Assembly (NCBI GenBank): GCA_028534125.1
Contig: CM052818.1
Span: 560,001 to 624,000 of the forward strand
DNA from: Lama glama
Lineage: Eukaryota
DNA: 64,000 nucleotides
Direction of reading: 5' to 3'
The notes beneath the pieces are model-generated. The model saw nothing but the letters and a program-made list of their open reading frames with translations. It did not search any database and was not told the DNA's origin. The position numbers were made by a program, and so were the translations under genes. Each line of letters begins with the position of its first letter. Positions within the stretch are counted from its first letter, which is position 1. This document shows, piece after piece, positions 52,722 through 64,000 of this stretch.

Positions 52722-55700
52722 GTACGTGTCAGGGTTCCACGGCCGGGGCCGGGAAGCGCGGGACAGACGCGTGCCCTGTCTGTCCAGGGAGCCGTGAGCC
52801 AGCACCCGGTGCTTGGCTAGGGTCACCTTCCCCCAGGCTCAGCTGTTTGTCCTCGTTGTGTGTAGATGCCAGCCCCTGACACCCGAGGCTGTCCTCAGAA
52901 CTGCTCTGGTCACCTCGCTCAGCTCATGCTGCCCCTTGTTCACAGCTGCAGGGGGAGGAGAAGGGGAGGCTGGGCCCAACCACGGCCCTTTGACGCCTCG
53001 GCTCTGCTCTGTGTGCCCTGGAGCTGCCGGTGTTCCTGTCTCCAGTCCACAAGAACTAGGTCTCCAGGCAGGGTCAGGGACAGCATCGCATCTGCCTTAC
53101 TTTTGAGCCACTGCTTCTTCTAAGGCAGCCTGTGTGTCTTAGCGGAGGGAACCTCAGTGACTCAGATTCCAGTTTCACCCGAAGCTTTCTGACCTTGCCC
53201 CCCCAGTCCTCACAGAGTGCCTTAGAACCAATGCAGACCCGTGCCCAGAGCAGCAGCAAGGCTACCAGGGAGCTGTTTGCTCAGCGCTGTGCTGCATGCT
53301 TGGTAGGGAGGCTGCGCATGGAATGTGGAAGGCTCCGTCCCTGTGTTCAACCTGCTTATGACGTAAGGCACGTGGAATAAAATCGCAGACTTGAATAATC
53401 GATGTTTAACATCGAGAGACAGACTTGGTGCTGTAGAGTTCAGGGGCAAGGGACGTGGGTGGCAGGAGGAATTTTCAGGCTGGTTTTCCCAGAGGGGGTG
53501 GATATGTGTGGGGCCATATTAAATGGGTGAGGAGAACGGAGAAGCATTTCTGGTGAGAAGAGTCGCGTGGGCAGAGAGGAGATGGCTGGGTGAGCATCCC
53601 CTGGCTCACTTTGACTGAGGGATGGCGGTGAGATGACCTTTGTCAGCCTCCGTCCAGCTCTGCGCAGGCCTCTTTTCATCTGGTCTACCTCATACCTTTG
53701 TACCTTTCTGTTTAATGTAAATAAGAGGTATCTGAACCTGAACTATTGCATAACTGTTTGTAGGAATTTTCAGACGGTGCTGCAGAATTGTACACGACAA
53801 AATCTGGAGCGACTTACGAGTATTCACCAGTTTGAAGAAGCATGTTGTTCCCCCCCTCGTGAAAGATGGTCATGACGGTGGGAGGTTGTCTGTGTCTGTG
53901 GCTGATCAGGGTGGAGTGTCATTCCCTGCAGAAAACCCCTCAGGGAGATGGTATCTGCCCCTTTCTCCTGCTAATCCATGCAGTGGTGGAGGAACTCCAA
54001 AGTCTTGGGCAAGGAATGGAAGATCCTTGGAGCACAGGTAGAGCTAGGGACTTTTCAGCCTCAGAAACAGTTGGCATGTTAAAGAAAGAAGGCAGCTGGC
54101 TGTGTGGATGGCATTGAGGACAAGGATACGCATTTCCAGCCCCTGAGTCCCCACGATGAAGCTTTAGCTCTTGACTAGCCCTCTGCTGAGGGCTGAGGAA
54201 GGTGGCACCCAGGTGAAGCATGAGACCAGCTCCTGGGGCTGCGAGGTGGAGGGTGATGCCAGGCGCCATCCTGGGGCCAGAATGACGGAGGGGGAGGAAA
54301 CTTGGCCCTCCGGGGTCTGTGGACAAATGCCCAGGGCAGAGCAGTGCAGCACAGTGAATCTGAGGCTTTGTCCAGAGGTTGGGAACAGCATGTGGGTATC
54401 ACTGAGCCTGGTGGCAGATGCCAGCTTTGAAAGAAAATCTCAGATAGAAGGGAATACAAGGTGACAGAGAGGTGAGGAAATTCCTGTATCCGATGAGTGA
54501 AGATAAAAGGAGAGAGAAAAGAAAAGTTTTTATGAGAAGAGCAAATGGTGGTACATCATAGAACTGTTACAGTGGCAAGAAAATGGCAGTGCTGAGTTGT
54601 GTTTTTGCTCTTTTCTTTTCTAGCCATCTCCCACGGTGTAGTCCTGCACAGCCACCAGATGCCCTATGTGTTTTGGCTGTAGGGCTCATGTGAAGAGTTC
54701 CCACCTCCTTGGTCATTAGAGAGGGGGCAGGTGTTCCCATTCCCTGCCCACTCCACCCCCCCGGAAAGTGACCCACCATGGCTAAGAAGGACAGATTATT
54801 CTTGGTGGCAGCATGGCGTGGGCGACACCTTCTGTGGTTCTTCCTGCCTCCTCCCATCCCGTGTCTAGAGCCTAGGTTTTCTTTTCCAGCCAGGGTTCAT
54901 GCCTGTGTTTGCAACCTGAACCCCCGACCAATACCTTCAGCTACAAGCAGTGTGCCTGGCCAAGTTCTTGACTGACTTGACTGGCTAGGATCCTGGGGCA
55001 CAAAGCTGAGGTGCCTCATGGATGCCCAGCAAGTGTGTGTTGAGAGGATGCTCTAAGAAAATGGGGCTACCCAGATTACCGGCTGGTAACTGCTCGTTTT
55101 TAGGTGGCCTGTGCAAAGTATGGAAGTCACCAGGCATGGGAGTGAGGGAGCCACCCAGGTAGCATTCCACAGGCTCAGAATAAATGGAGGCATGCCAGAA
55201 GCAAATACCACAGACAGCAAAAATGGGCTATTAGTAGAAGAACCACAGAGATGCTGCTTGGACCGGTCAGTAACAGTAGCAGGTCAGAAGGCAGGTATCT
55301 GAAGGCCCACCAGGGGCGTGGTGCAGCAGACTTCCTGAGGAAGCCCAGCGGCCCGAGCGAAGTACCCCGGGCGGGAGTCGTGGGGGAGGAGACTGGGGTT
55401 CCTGCAGGGTGCTGTGCTGTTCCAGGTTCAGTGCCCAGGGACTCCCTGCCTGGAGTCTGGGTGATTGTGCGCGATCCTGTGGCAGCGTGTGAACCGCCTA
55501 TGCTGCCGCGCTCGAGTGTCAGGGCGTTCACGCCTTCTGATGGCCTGGGACCTTTGAGCTTTGTGCGTTCCCTCCTTCTGGGTTCCTCGTAGATTGTGGA
55601 TGGGGAGCCCACTCTGTTTTCTTATGGCCATTTAAGTGTACCAGAGGCCCGTGAGGTTGAGGCCGCTGAGCCGTCTGCTCACACCAAGTCACATTTATGT

Positions 55701-56104
55701 GTTTGCCACTCTGGGAACCTGAAGAACGTGGCCTCGGTCTCAGCTTTGACAGTCGGCTGTCTGTGTGCTCTGAACGTGTGTTACATCCGCGCGTGATCGG
55801 CCGTGCGCTGCCTGGGCCGTGAGCAGAGGTCACAGGGGCCGCTCTCCAAGTCCCTCCCGTGTGTGCAGAAGCCCGTGCAGTGCCCGGCTCGGTCTGCAGG
55901 GGGCCAGACAGTCACTCGGGGATATGACTAATGGGTCTGTTCGTTTATTTACTGATCCCCAAAACAACTTCATAAGTAATGATGGAATCGATGCTTCCAT
56001 GGGGGACGGGGTGGTGGGCACCACTATTGCTGTCACTCAAAGCAGGAACTCATGGCCCAGACATTATGTTTTGTTTACCAATCAAGGTGTCTTTTAAATT
56101 TTTG

Positions 56105-56455
56105 AAGAAAATTCTGACACATGCTGCAGTGTGGATGAACCTTGAGGACATTATGCTAAGCGAAATAAAGCCAGTCACTAAAGGACAAATGCTGTGCCAC
56201 TTACTTGAGGTACGCACAGTAGTCAGATTAACAGAGTCAGAAGGTTGGGTGGTGGTTACCGGGGGCTGGGGTTGGCAGAGAGTGGAGAATTAGTGTTAAA
56301 GGGGTATAGAGGTTCTGTTTGGGAAAATAGAAAATTCTGGAGATGGAGGAAGTTGTGATGGTTACACAACAGTGTGAATGTACTTAATGCTACCGAACTA
56401 TACACTTAAAATGGTAAATTTTATGCTATGTGTATTTTGCCACAATTTTAAAAAA
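56105..56455 (+). mobile_element. L1MB-like 3' end
   Basis: ggatgaaccttgaggacattatgctaagcgaaataa...cacttaaaatggtaaattttatgctatgtgtattttgccacaattt. Confidence 0.85.
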
Positions 56456-57054
56456 TTGAATTTGGCACGCATATCTTTAAAAGGAGGCTTCATGTGGAGA
56501 CCTGGATCTCTGTTTTCTTCTTGCAAAATTGGAAGGGTAGGTGCACTAGGCTGGAGTTCCCACCAGGCAGTGGTTGAGGAAGAGAGGGGTGGCCTCCCGC
56601 CCCACCCGCAGCTCCTTAGCTGTCGGCCCGCTTTCCTCATTTGTGTTGCCGCCCAGCCTTTCTGCGTCTCCCTGCACTGCCGCCCGCGTGACCGAGTCTG
56701 TCTCGGCGCAGACGTCTGCTCCCCCTTCTGAAGCATGAAGCCCTTGGTGTAGGTGAGCCCCCTGCGTGCAGTCCTTTGTGGAAGCCTTGAGTCCTGGTCC
56801 CTCAGCCTGCCATGCAAAGCCCTCCCGTCTCCCCCATCACAGGTGCCCACGTCTTATCTGGTCACAGAAGCACTTGGGATTTGGGGGGAGATTCAGCCCC
56901 CACCCCACTCCTGGACCCTTTGCCCTGCCGTACCCTTCTGTGAGCCAGGACGGCATGTAGGGAGTAGGTGGAGAGTGAGGTGAGGACCCGGCTGAGCGAG
57001 CAGCTGGACCCTGAGGAGCAGAGCCCTGCCCAAGGCCCTTGTTTTTGTTTCTGT

Positions 57055-57720
57055 TTTTGTTTTAACAGTTTTATTGAGACAGGATGCACATACTGTACGG
57101 TTCACTCATTGAAAGCACACAATTCAGTGGTTCTTGGTGTATTACATTACTGATTTTAAAAAACTGTGTTAAAACATACATAACGTAAAGTTTGTCATTT
57201 TAGCCATTTTTAAGTTACAATTTAATGGCCTCAAACTACATCCACATTTTTATACAACCATCACCACAATCTATTTCCAAAAAGTTTTTCATCACCCTAA
57301 ACTGAAACTTTATACCTGTTAAACAGCTCCCCAGAACCCCCTCTCCCCTCCCCTAGCCCCTGGTAACCACCGTTCTGCTTACAGTCTCTATGAATTTTAA
57401 CAGTTACAGGTACCTCATGTAAGTGGAATCATATAGTATTTGTCCTTTTGTGTCTGGCTGATTCCACTTAGCGCAGTGTTCTCAAGGTTCACTCATGTTG
57501 TAGCATCATTCAGACTTCCCTTTTTAAGGCTGAATAATATTCCACTCTGTGGATGTGCCACATTTTATTCATCAGTTGGGCACTTGGGTCGTTTCCCCCT
57601 CTTGGCTGTTGCTGGGTGACGCTCCTCTGAGCATGAGGGCACCAGTGTCTCACAGGCTCTGCCCTCACTTCCCCTTGTGTATCCCTCCGTGCAATTACCT
57701 GGTTGTATGTTTAGCTTTTT
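57055..57720 (-). mobile_element. Old L1 3' end fragments
   Basis: cagttttattgaga...acaaccatcaccacaatctatttccaaaaa...gtacctcatgtaagtggaatcat. Confidence 0.75.
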
Positions 57721-58119
57721 GCAGAGCTGTCAAAAGCTATTTTCCACAACATCGAGGTGCATTTTAACTAAAAACATACAGATATACACCAGTTTCTCTG
57801 CACATGTTTTAGAACAACATAAAAATCTCAGTATATTTTGGCTTACACTTTTATCTATGTATTTTTACTCCCACGTCTATATAAATCACCAGTAATGTAG
57901 ATTTTGTAGTAATTATTTTGAATTTTGCTCTTTAATGTTTTTCTTTCCCTAATTATGACAGTCTTTTAGCCTGTCACCAGGGTGTGGCACCCCTGGGACA
58001 TGGCCCGAAGGATCTGCGTCCCCAGGTCTGTTGGGCAGAGGTGAGGGGGTATGGCATTCGTGTGGAGTGCGTGGTACCCGGATCCTGTGGGTAACAGCGC
58101 CCGCCCTGCCTCCCTGCAG

Positions 58120-58328
58120 GTGATCCGCAGGCACACGCTGGAGGAGAAGCTGCTCTGCCTGGTGCGGCACCGGGCGGGCCACCACTGCCAGAACGCCGTG
58201 ATCGTCATCCTCATCCTGGCCTGGGAGGGCATCCCCCGCAGCCTTGGAGACACCCTCTACCAGGAGCTCACCGACACCCTCCGGAAGTACGGGAACCCCA
58301 CCAGCCGGAGATGTGGCCTCAATGATGA
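58120..58328 (+). CDS. TET3: TET3 coding exon (209 nt): [23 protein letters not shown]...TSRRCGLND(D)
   Basis: ccctgcag| acceptor, GA|GTACGT donor; phase 0 to 2. Confidence 0.97.
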
Positions 58329-58340
58329 GTACGTGGGCGG

Positions 58341-58614
58341 TCCTGGCAGGCAGGGGCGGGCAGCAGGGCCAGGGCCCTGTGTGTCCCTCCCGGCAGACAG
58401 GGATGGGCAGCAGGGCCAGGGCCCTGTGTGTCCCTCCCGGCGGGGGCGGGCAGCAGAGTCAGGGCCCTGTGTGTCCCTCCCGGCAGGCGGGGGCGGGCAG
58501 CAGGACCAGGGCCCTGTGTGTCCCTCCCAGCAGACAGGGATGGGCAGCAGGACCAGGGCCCTGTGTGTCCCTCCTGGCAGGCGGGGGCAGGCAGCAGGGC
58601 CAGGGCCCTGTGTG
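58341..58614. repeat. GC-rich minisatellite, about 6 copies of a 43-47 nt unit
   Basis: Repeated core gcagcagggccagggccctgtgtgtccctcc(c/t)ggc with two alternating spacer variants (agacagggatgg / aggcgggggcgg). Confidence 0.95.
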
Positions 58615-58819
58615 GCCTGTGGAGTTAGGGTGTGGAGGCAAGCAGGCTCACCTCAGATCTGACCTGAGGAGGGTCTCCTGACTTGGCTTAGCTTTGCTTT
58701 ATGCCCAGATTGACTCTGAGCCTCTAATGATGGTAACAAGTGTGAAAAAGGATGAGTGCCCCACTGGCATAAGGCATCAGCAGCAGTCACAGGCCTACCC
58801 TTAGAGCGCTGGTTCCCCC

Positions 58820-59250
58820 ATTTAAAAAATTAAGGTATTTTTACTTAACAGGAAAATTCATCCTTTGAGTTAGACATTTTGAAGTTTTGACAAATGTGTA
58901 TAGTCACGCAGCCACCGCCACAAGCAAGCTGCAGAACAGTCGCATCATCCCCACAGTCCCACTGAGCCCCTTTGTGGGAAGGTCCTGCCCCCGCCCCTGG
59001 CAACCACAGATCTTGTCACCTGTCCCTGTAGGGCTGCCTTTACAAGAGGGTCATATAAATGAAACCATACAGTATGTAGCTCCCTGAGTCTGGCTTCTTT
59101 CCCTGAGCATAGTGTTTCTGAGCTTCCTCTATGGCTTTGAGCTCATTCCTTTTTTATTGCTGAGTAGTATTCCACAGTGTGGCTGTGTCCCCGTTTGTTT
59201 ATTCATACCCTGTTTGAGGGGCATTTGGGTTTTTTCTGGATTTTATTAAG
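58820..59250 (-). mobile_element. Old L1 3' end fragment
   Basis: ttttgacaaatgtgtatagtcac...cccctggcaaccac...gtctggcttctttccctgagcatagtg. Confidence 0.7.
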
Positions 59251-59714
59251 TGTTGAACTGTAAAGTTAGTGTTTATTTGTTTAAAGGCCTGTCAGCACCT
59301 GAGCTTGCATGGAGCAGGCATGTTCAAGTCCTGTGGTTCACATTTCTCCCATTTGTGTGGTCTGTGATGGAGCTGGTCAGGATACTAAAGTTCAGACAAA
59401 GTGTAAACCTTAGAGTTTTTGATTAGATTCTTCCCCAATGCCTCAAACAACCCATGTGCTTCTCCCAACAGCAGACTCTCAGACCTTCAGGCTCAGAAGT
59501 GGGAGCCCAGCAGGCTGCTCAGGGCTGGTTCTCTACCCACCGAGGGTGGAGATTTGGAAAAGGGGTTGAGGGCCAGGAAGGAAGGATGTTGTCCCAGGCA
59601 CTGGGAGGCTGGTGGCTGCCAGTTCTCAGTAGGGCCTCCCCCGAGGGATGGGGAGGTAAAACGTCCAGAACTGACAGTGCACCTCATATGCCTAACCCGG
59701 GACACGTGTTGCAG

Positions 59715-59865
59715 CCGGACCTGCGCGTGCCAAGGCAAGGACCCCAACACCTGCGGTGCCTCCTTCTCCTTCGGTTGTTCCTGGAGCATGTACTTCAACG
59801 GCTGCAAATACGCTCGGAGCAAGACCCCTCGCAAGTTCCGCCTCGCAGGGGACAACCCCAAAGAG
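59715..59865 (+). CDS. TET3: TET3 coding exon (151 nt): [50 protein letters not shown]
   Basis: ttgcag| acceptor, GAG|GTGAG donor; phase 2 to 0; TET signature [18 protein letters not shown]. Confidence 0.97.
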
Positions 59866-61654
59866 GTGAGCAGAGCTCCGCGGGGAGCGGGGACCCTCCT
59901 GCCGCCCTGTCGCACCTGCTGCCCTTAACTGTCTGGATGGGAGGGAGGTTAGCACGCTGTGACTCATGGAACTTGCTTTTTTTTTTTTTTTAATTGGTCT
60001 GATCCTGCAGTGAAATAAGGTATGCAGGGTGTGGTGTGGAGTGGTGTGATGAGTGAAAAATTAGGCTTAACACTTACAGGTACCTCAGACCCTTCCATTT
60101 TAAAAAGGTTCTTTAAGGTAAATGTTCAGATTCCTCATCAGAATTTGACCCTCTTAAAGGGTTATTTCTTCCCTCCGTTCTTCTTAAGACACCTTCTCTG
60201 GGTGTGACGTAGCAGCAAGAGGGGCCTCTGGGCCCCGGGCCACCTTCTGGCCAGTGCTGGACCCCCAGGGTGCCCCTCGTCCGGCCTGGCTGCCAGGCAG
60301 ACATCTCGGTGCAGTTGTCCAGGCCCTCGGCGTCTCCTTGCGGGGGGCCTGGCGTGGTCCTCTGGCACTGAACTAGCACCTACGTGGTATGGCCTCTAGG
60401 CCTGAGGCCTCCTCTCTGCAGTCTCCTCCCGCCCTTCATCCTTCCTTGCCAGCCCAGCGACAACTGGGCGAGGGCTCCCTCTGCAGGCCAAGCCTGGGCT
60501 GTGGGAACCAGGAGCATCAGGTCAGGCTGTGTTCCCCTCTGCGACTTTTCCTCTGTTGTCCTGGTTCTGAAGACCATCGTGAGGGGGTCTCCACTTGGAG
60601 TCCAAAGGCAAAGGAGGTGCAGGCTGGACTCGATTCCCCCGCCCCAACCTGAGCCCCTGCGAGGCGGGACCGAATTCTCCCTTCACCTGAGCTCCTACAC
60701 GAGGGGACTGGCTCCAGGCAAATCTTGATCCCAGCCTGTGCCTTCTGAATCTCTCCAAGCCCCTTGGACCAGAAGGGCTCCCCCTTTTCCACCGGGCAGG
60801 GATTTCCTGGGGCACATTTTTTCTACACCACAAATGACCACCTGTGCTCAGACTTTCAAGCTTTGCTTTTCAGAAGTAAAAGGAGGCATGTTCAAATTTA
60901 CAACCCTTTTTTCCCTGAAAGCCTGGCTTTTCAGTGACTATTGCAGGACCTAGTCTAATAGTCCAGTTTGACTCTAGGCTTTTACTTATGGCAGCACCTG
61001 ACCTCCCCTGGAAGCAACAAAGGCAGTTGCTTCAATGAAAAGAGGCGTCCCAGCACCGGCAGCTAGGAATCACCATGAGTGGAAAGACACTGCTTGAATT
61101 TCTCCCAGACACTTCCCCTGTGCCGTCAGCCACCGTCTCCTGTGCACTTACTCAGCGCTGGGCGCTGTGCCCAGCACCCCACAGGTGTCTCTGTTAGTCT
61201 TCAGAATCTAGGCACTGTTACTGCTCACCTTACAGATGAGGCAGTTGGCTTGCCCAGGGCCACATGGCAGTGACGACGAAGTCAGGGTTTAAACCCAGGC
61301 CTGTGTTTCCCCAGAGCTCACAAGCCTCAGCCCCACGTTGTGCTGGCTTCAGGCCCTCTGTGCTGGTGGCGGCACCTGGAAGGCAGCCAGGGAGGCACAG
61401 TGGGGGTGGCTGGCAGCTCTGGCCGCACCACTGGACGCACACCTGGGCCCTTGGTCTCGCTCTTCCATTTCTAATTCTGCGGGCTTGGTACTTTCCTCCT
61501 TTTTCTTCCTCTTGTTTCTTCTCCATAAGCTCTTCATGCCTGTGCTCCAGGCTGGCCAGGTGCCCCCCCAGCCCCGCCTGTTGCCCTTCGAGGGCTGGAG
61601 GGGCTGTGGGAGCCCAAGCTCTCTGCCAGGGGCTGTTTCAGCTCGGGTGGCTCG

Positions 61655-61863
61655 ATCCTGTGGGACTTCCTGTGATGATGGAATGTTCTCCGTAGAAAAC
61701 ACAGAGCCACGGGAGCCGCGGGAGCCGCGGGAGCCACTGAGCATTGGAAATGTGGCTCGAGCGGTAGAGGGACTGAATTTTTTATTTTATTTAACTTTAA
61801 TTAAAATTAATTTATATTTCAATAGCCACACATGGCTTGTGACCAGTACTTGAGATGGTGCTA
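61655..61863. mobile_element. MER3-like hAT-Charlie element
   Basis: gtgatgatggaatgttct...gaaatgtggct...actgaattttttattttatttaa...aatagccacacatggct. Confidence 0.75.
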
Positions 61864-62366
61864 GTCCAAAGGACAGAACTTTGCAGTCTGTCCATGCACC
61901 TGGCTCGTGGCAGGCTCTGGGCCTGGCTGGCTGTGAAATTTCTAGCACAGGCCTGAGCTGCCGCTCTCTGCCTTTACTTACCTGCCTGCGGCACCAGAAG
62001 ACAGGTCCACACTTGCTGCTCATGTTTTTACACGCCTGCCATCCCACACCTCTGACCTCGGTGCTGAGCTCCCAAAAGCAAGCAGCTGTCCTGGGTGTCC
62101 TGGACGGCACTGTGCTGAAGCCTGGAAGAGCAGTCGCTTAGCAGTCAGGATGCCTGGCCCTTGAGGCGGTGTGTGCCTGGCGAGCGTCAGCTTCTCCAGC
62201 CGTGGAGTGGACATGGCACACCCCCCGGGGGAGTGCTGTGAACATACTCGCTGGCGCCTAACTGCCTCTTGCCCGGAGAGGTTCTAGGAGGGAGGTTAGT
62301 TTCCGCTGTGCGGAGTTCGCCAGGCGGGGCTGCTCTGGAGACACGTGCCTCCTCTTCTGTCCGTAG

Positions 62367-62456
62367 GAGGAAGTGCTCCGGAAGAGCTTCCAGGACCTGG
62401 CCACCGAAGTGGCTCCCCTGTACAAGCGGCTGGCCCCCCAGGCCTATCAGAACCAG
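62367..62456 (+). CDS. TET3: TET3 coding exon (90 nt): [30 protein letters not shown]
   Basis: ccgtag| acceptor, CAG|GTACGG donor; phase 0 to 0. Confidence 0.96.
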
Positions 62457-62701
62457 GTACGGGGGCTGGGGCTGTCCTCTGGCCGCCGGGGAAGCGGGAG
62501 AGGAAGGCCCAGCCCGCGGGAGATCCCCCTTGTTCACACCAAGCAGACACGTCCCGGACCTGTCTCCCCCTCCCCGGTCTCCTCCTCTCTCCCCCTGAGT
62601 ACTCCTCCACCTCTTCTGGTCTGGTTTCTACTGGGGAGGCTCAGGTTTCTCTCACAGGTCACCCCCACCCCCCCAGAAGAGGTGAGGGGGACTTGAGGTA
62701 A

Positions 62702-63265
<564 letters not shown>

Positions 63266-63269
63266 TGAG

Positions 63270-64000
63270 CACTTGATTCATTCATTGAGCAGACGTTCAC
63301 TGTGCCCCAGGTACTGCCCTAGATGCTGGGGAATAAAATGGACAGAGAGCTGCCCAAGTGTGTGAAGTGATGTCCAGCAGCTGGAAGGCCGTGGGGAGAG
63401 AGGGAGTGGGGCAAGGGGTGGAATGGCAGCAGGTGCTGTTTTTGGTCAGGTGGAAAGAGGCCTCTCTGAGGAGGGGCACCTGAGCAGAGATGCGAAAGTA
63501 AGTGGCTGAATATGTGAGCCGGAGAGCTCCAGGCAGAAGGACCAGCCAGGCAAAGGCTCAGAGAATGAGAGTAGAGGGGCAGCCGGGGGTGAGGTCGCAG
63601 GGAGCAGGGGAGGCCCTGAGTGGGATGGGAAGCCCTGGCGGGCTTTTCAGCTGGGAATGCTGAGATCTCATTTATAAAGTCAGAAGCCCTCTCTTGCTCC
63701 TGCAGGTGGAGAATAGACTATGTTGGGGGCTAGGGGTAAGTGAGGGAGGATCAGAGGAAGGAGGCCAGCTAGGAGGCTGGGACAGTAATCCTCACCAGAG
63801 GTGGCAGGGCTTTGACAGGAGTCAGGGTGGGGTGGGGAGTAATTGGACAGATTTTGGGTGATTTTGAAGGTAAAGCTGAGAGTATTTACTGATGGGCTGG
63901 ACATAGGATGTGTGAGTTGCATGAGCAACTGGGCAGGTGTTGGTGTTATTTACTGAGATGTAGAACCACAGGAGAAGACCAGTTTTGGGGTGAAAAATCA
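63270..64000 (-). mobile_element. LINE-2 3' fragment
   Basis: attcattcatt tail followed by purine-rich antisense L2 body; a similar L2 lies at about 31050-31730. Confidence 0.7.

Noticed and set aside
58341..58614. Regularly spaced repeats superficially like a CRISPR array
   Set aside because: Spacers are not unique (two recurring variants), there are no cas genes, and the context is a mammalian intron; this is a minisatellite.
58329..59714. U12-type (minor) intron
   Set aside because: The donor is GTACGT rather than RTATCCTT and the branch site lacks the full TCCTTAAC consensus.

Overview
Mammalian genomic DNA, not prokaryotic. The window holds the middle of the TET3 (methylcytosine dioxygenase) gene on the + strand. 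Seven coding exons with GT-AG boundaries and consistent phases run from the large proline-rich exon (24175-26320) through the Cys-rich domain into the start of the DSBH domain, including the HxD iron ligands. The CXXC exons and the last exons lie outside the window. The tRNA-derived SINEs resemble the camelid Vic-1 family, so the source is probably a camelid (inference). The introns are filled with L1, L2, MIR, MaLR LTR and old DNA-transposon fragments, plus a small intronic CpG island. The most notable item is a 496-bp TTAA-flanked, inverted-repeat-bounded element (47091-47586) with piggyBac-MITE architecture, inserted cleanly into a comparatively well-preserved L1. Other items: a TSD-flanked chimeric L1 with a swapped 3' end, a local templated duplication fused to an L1 fragment, a G-rich minisatellite next to a splice donor, and an overlapping uORF at the short-isoform start. 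Repeat family names come from recalled consensus sequences and repeat boundaries are approximate; no database search was run.
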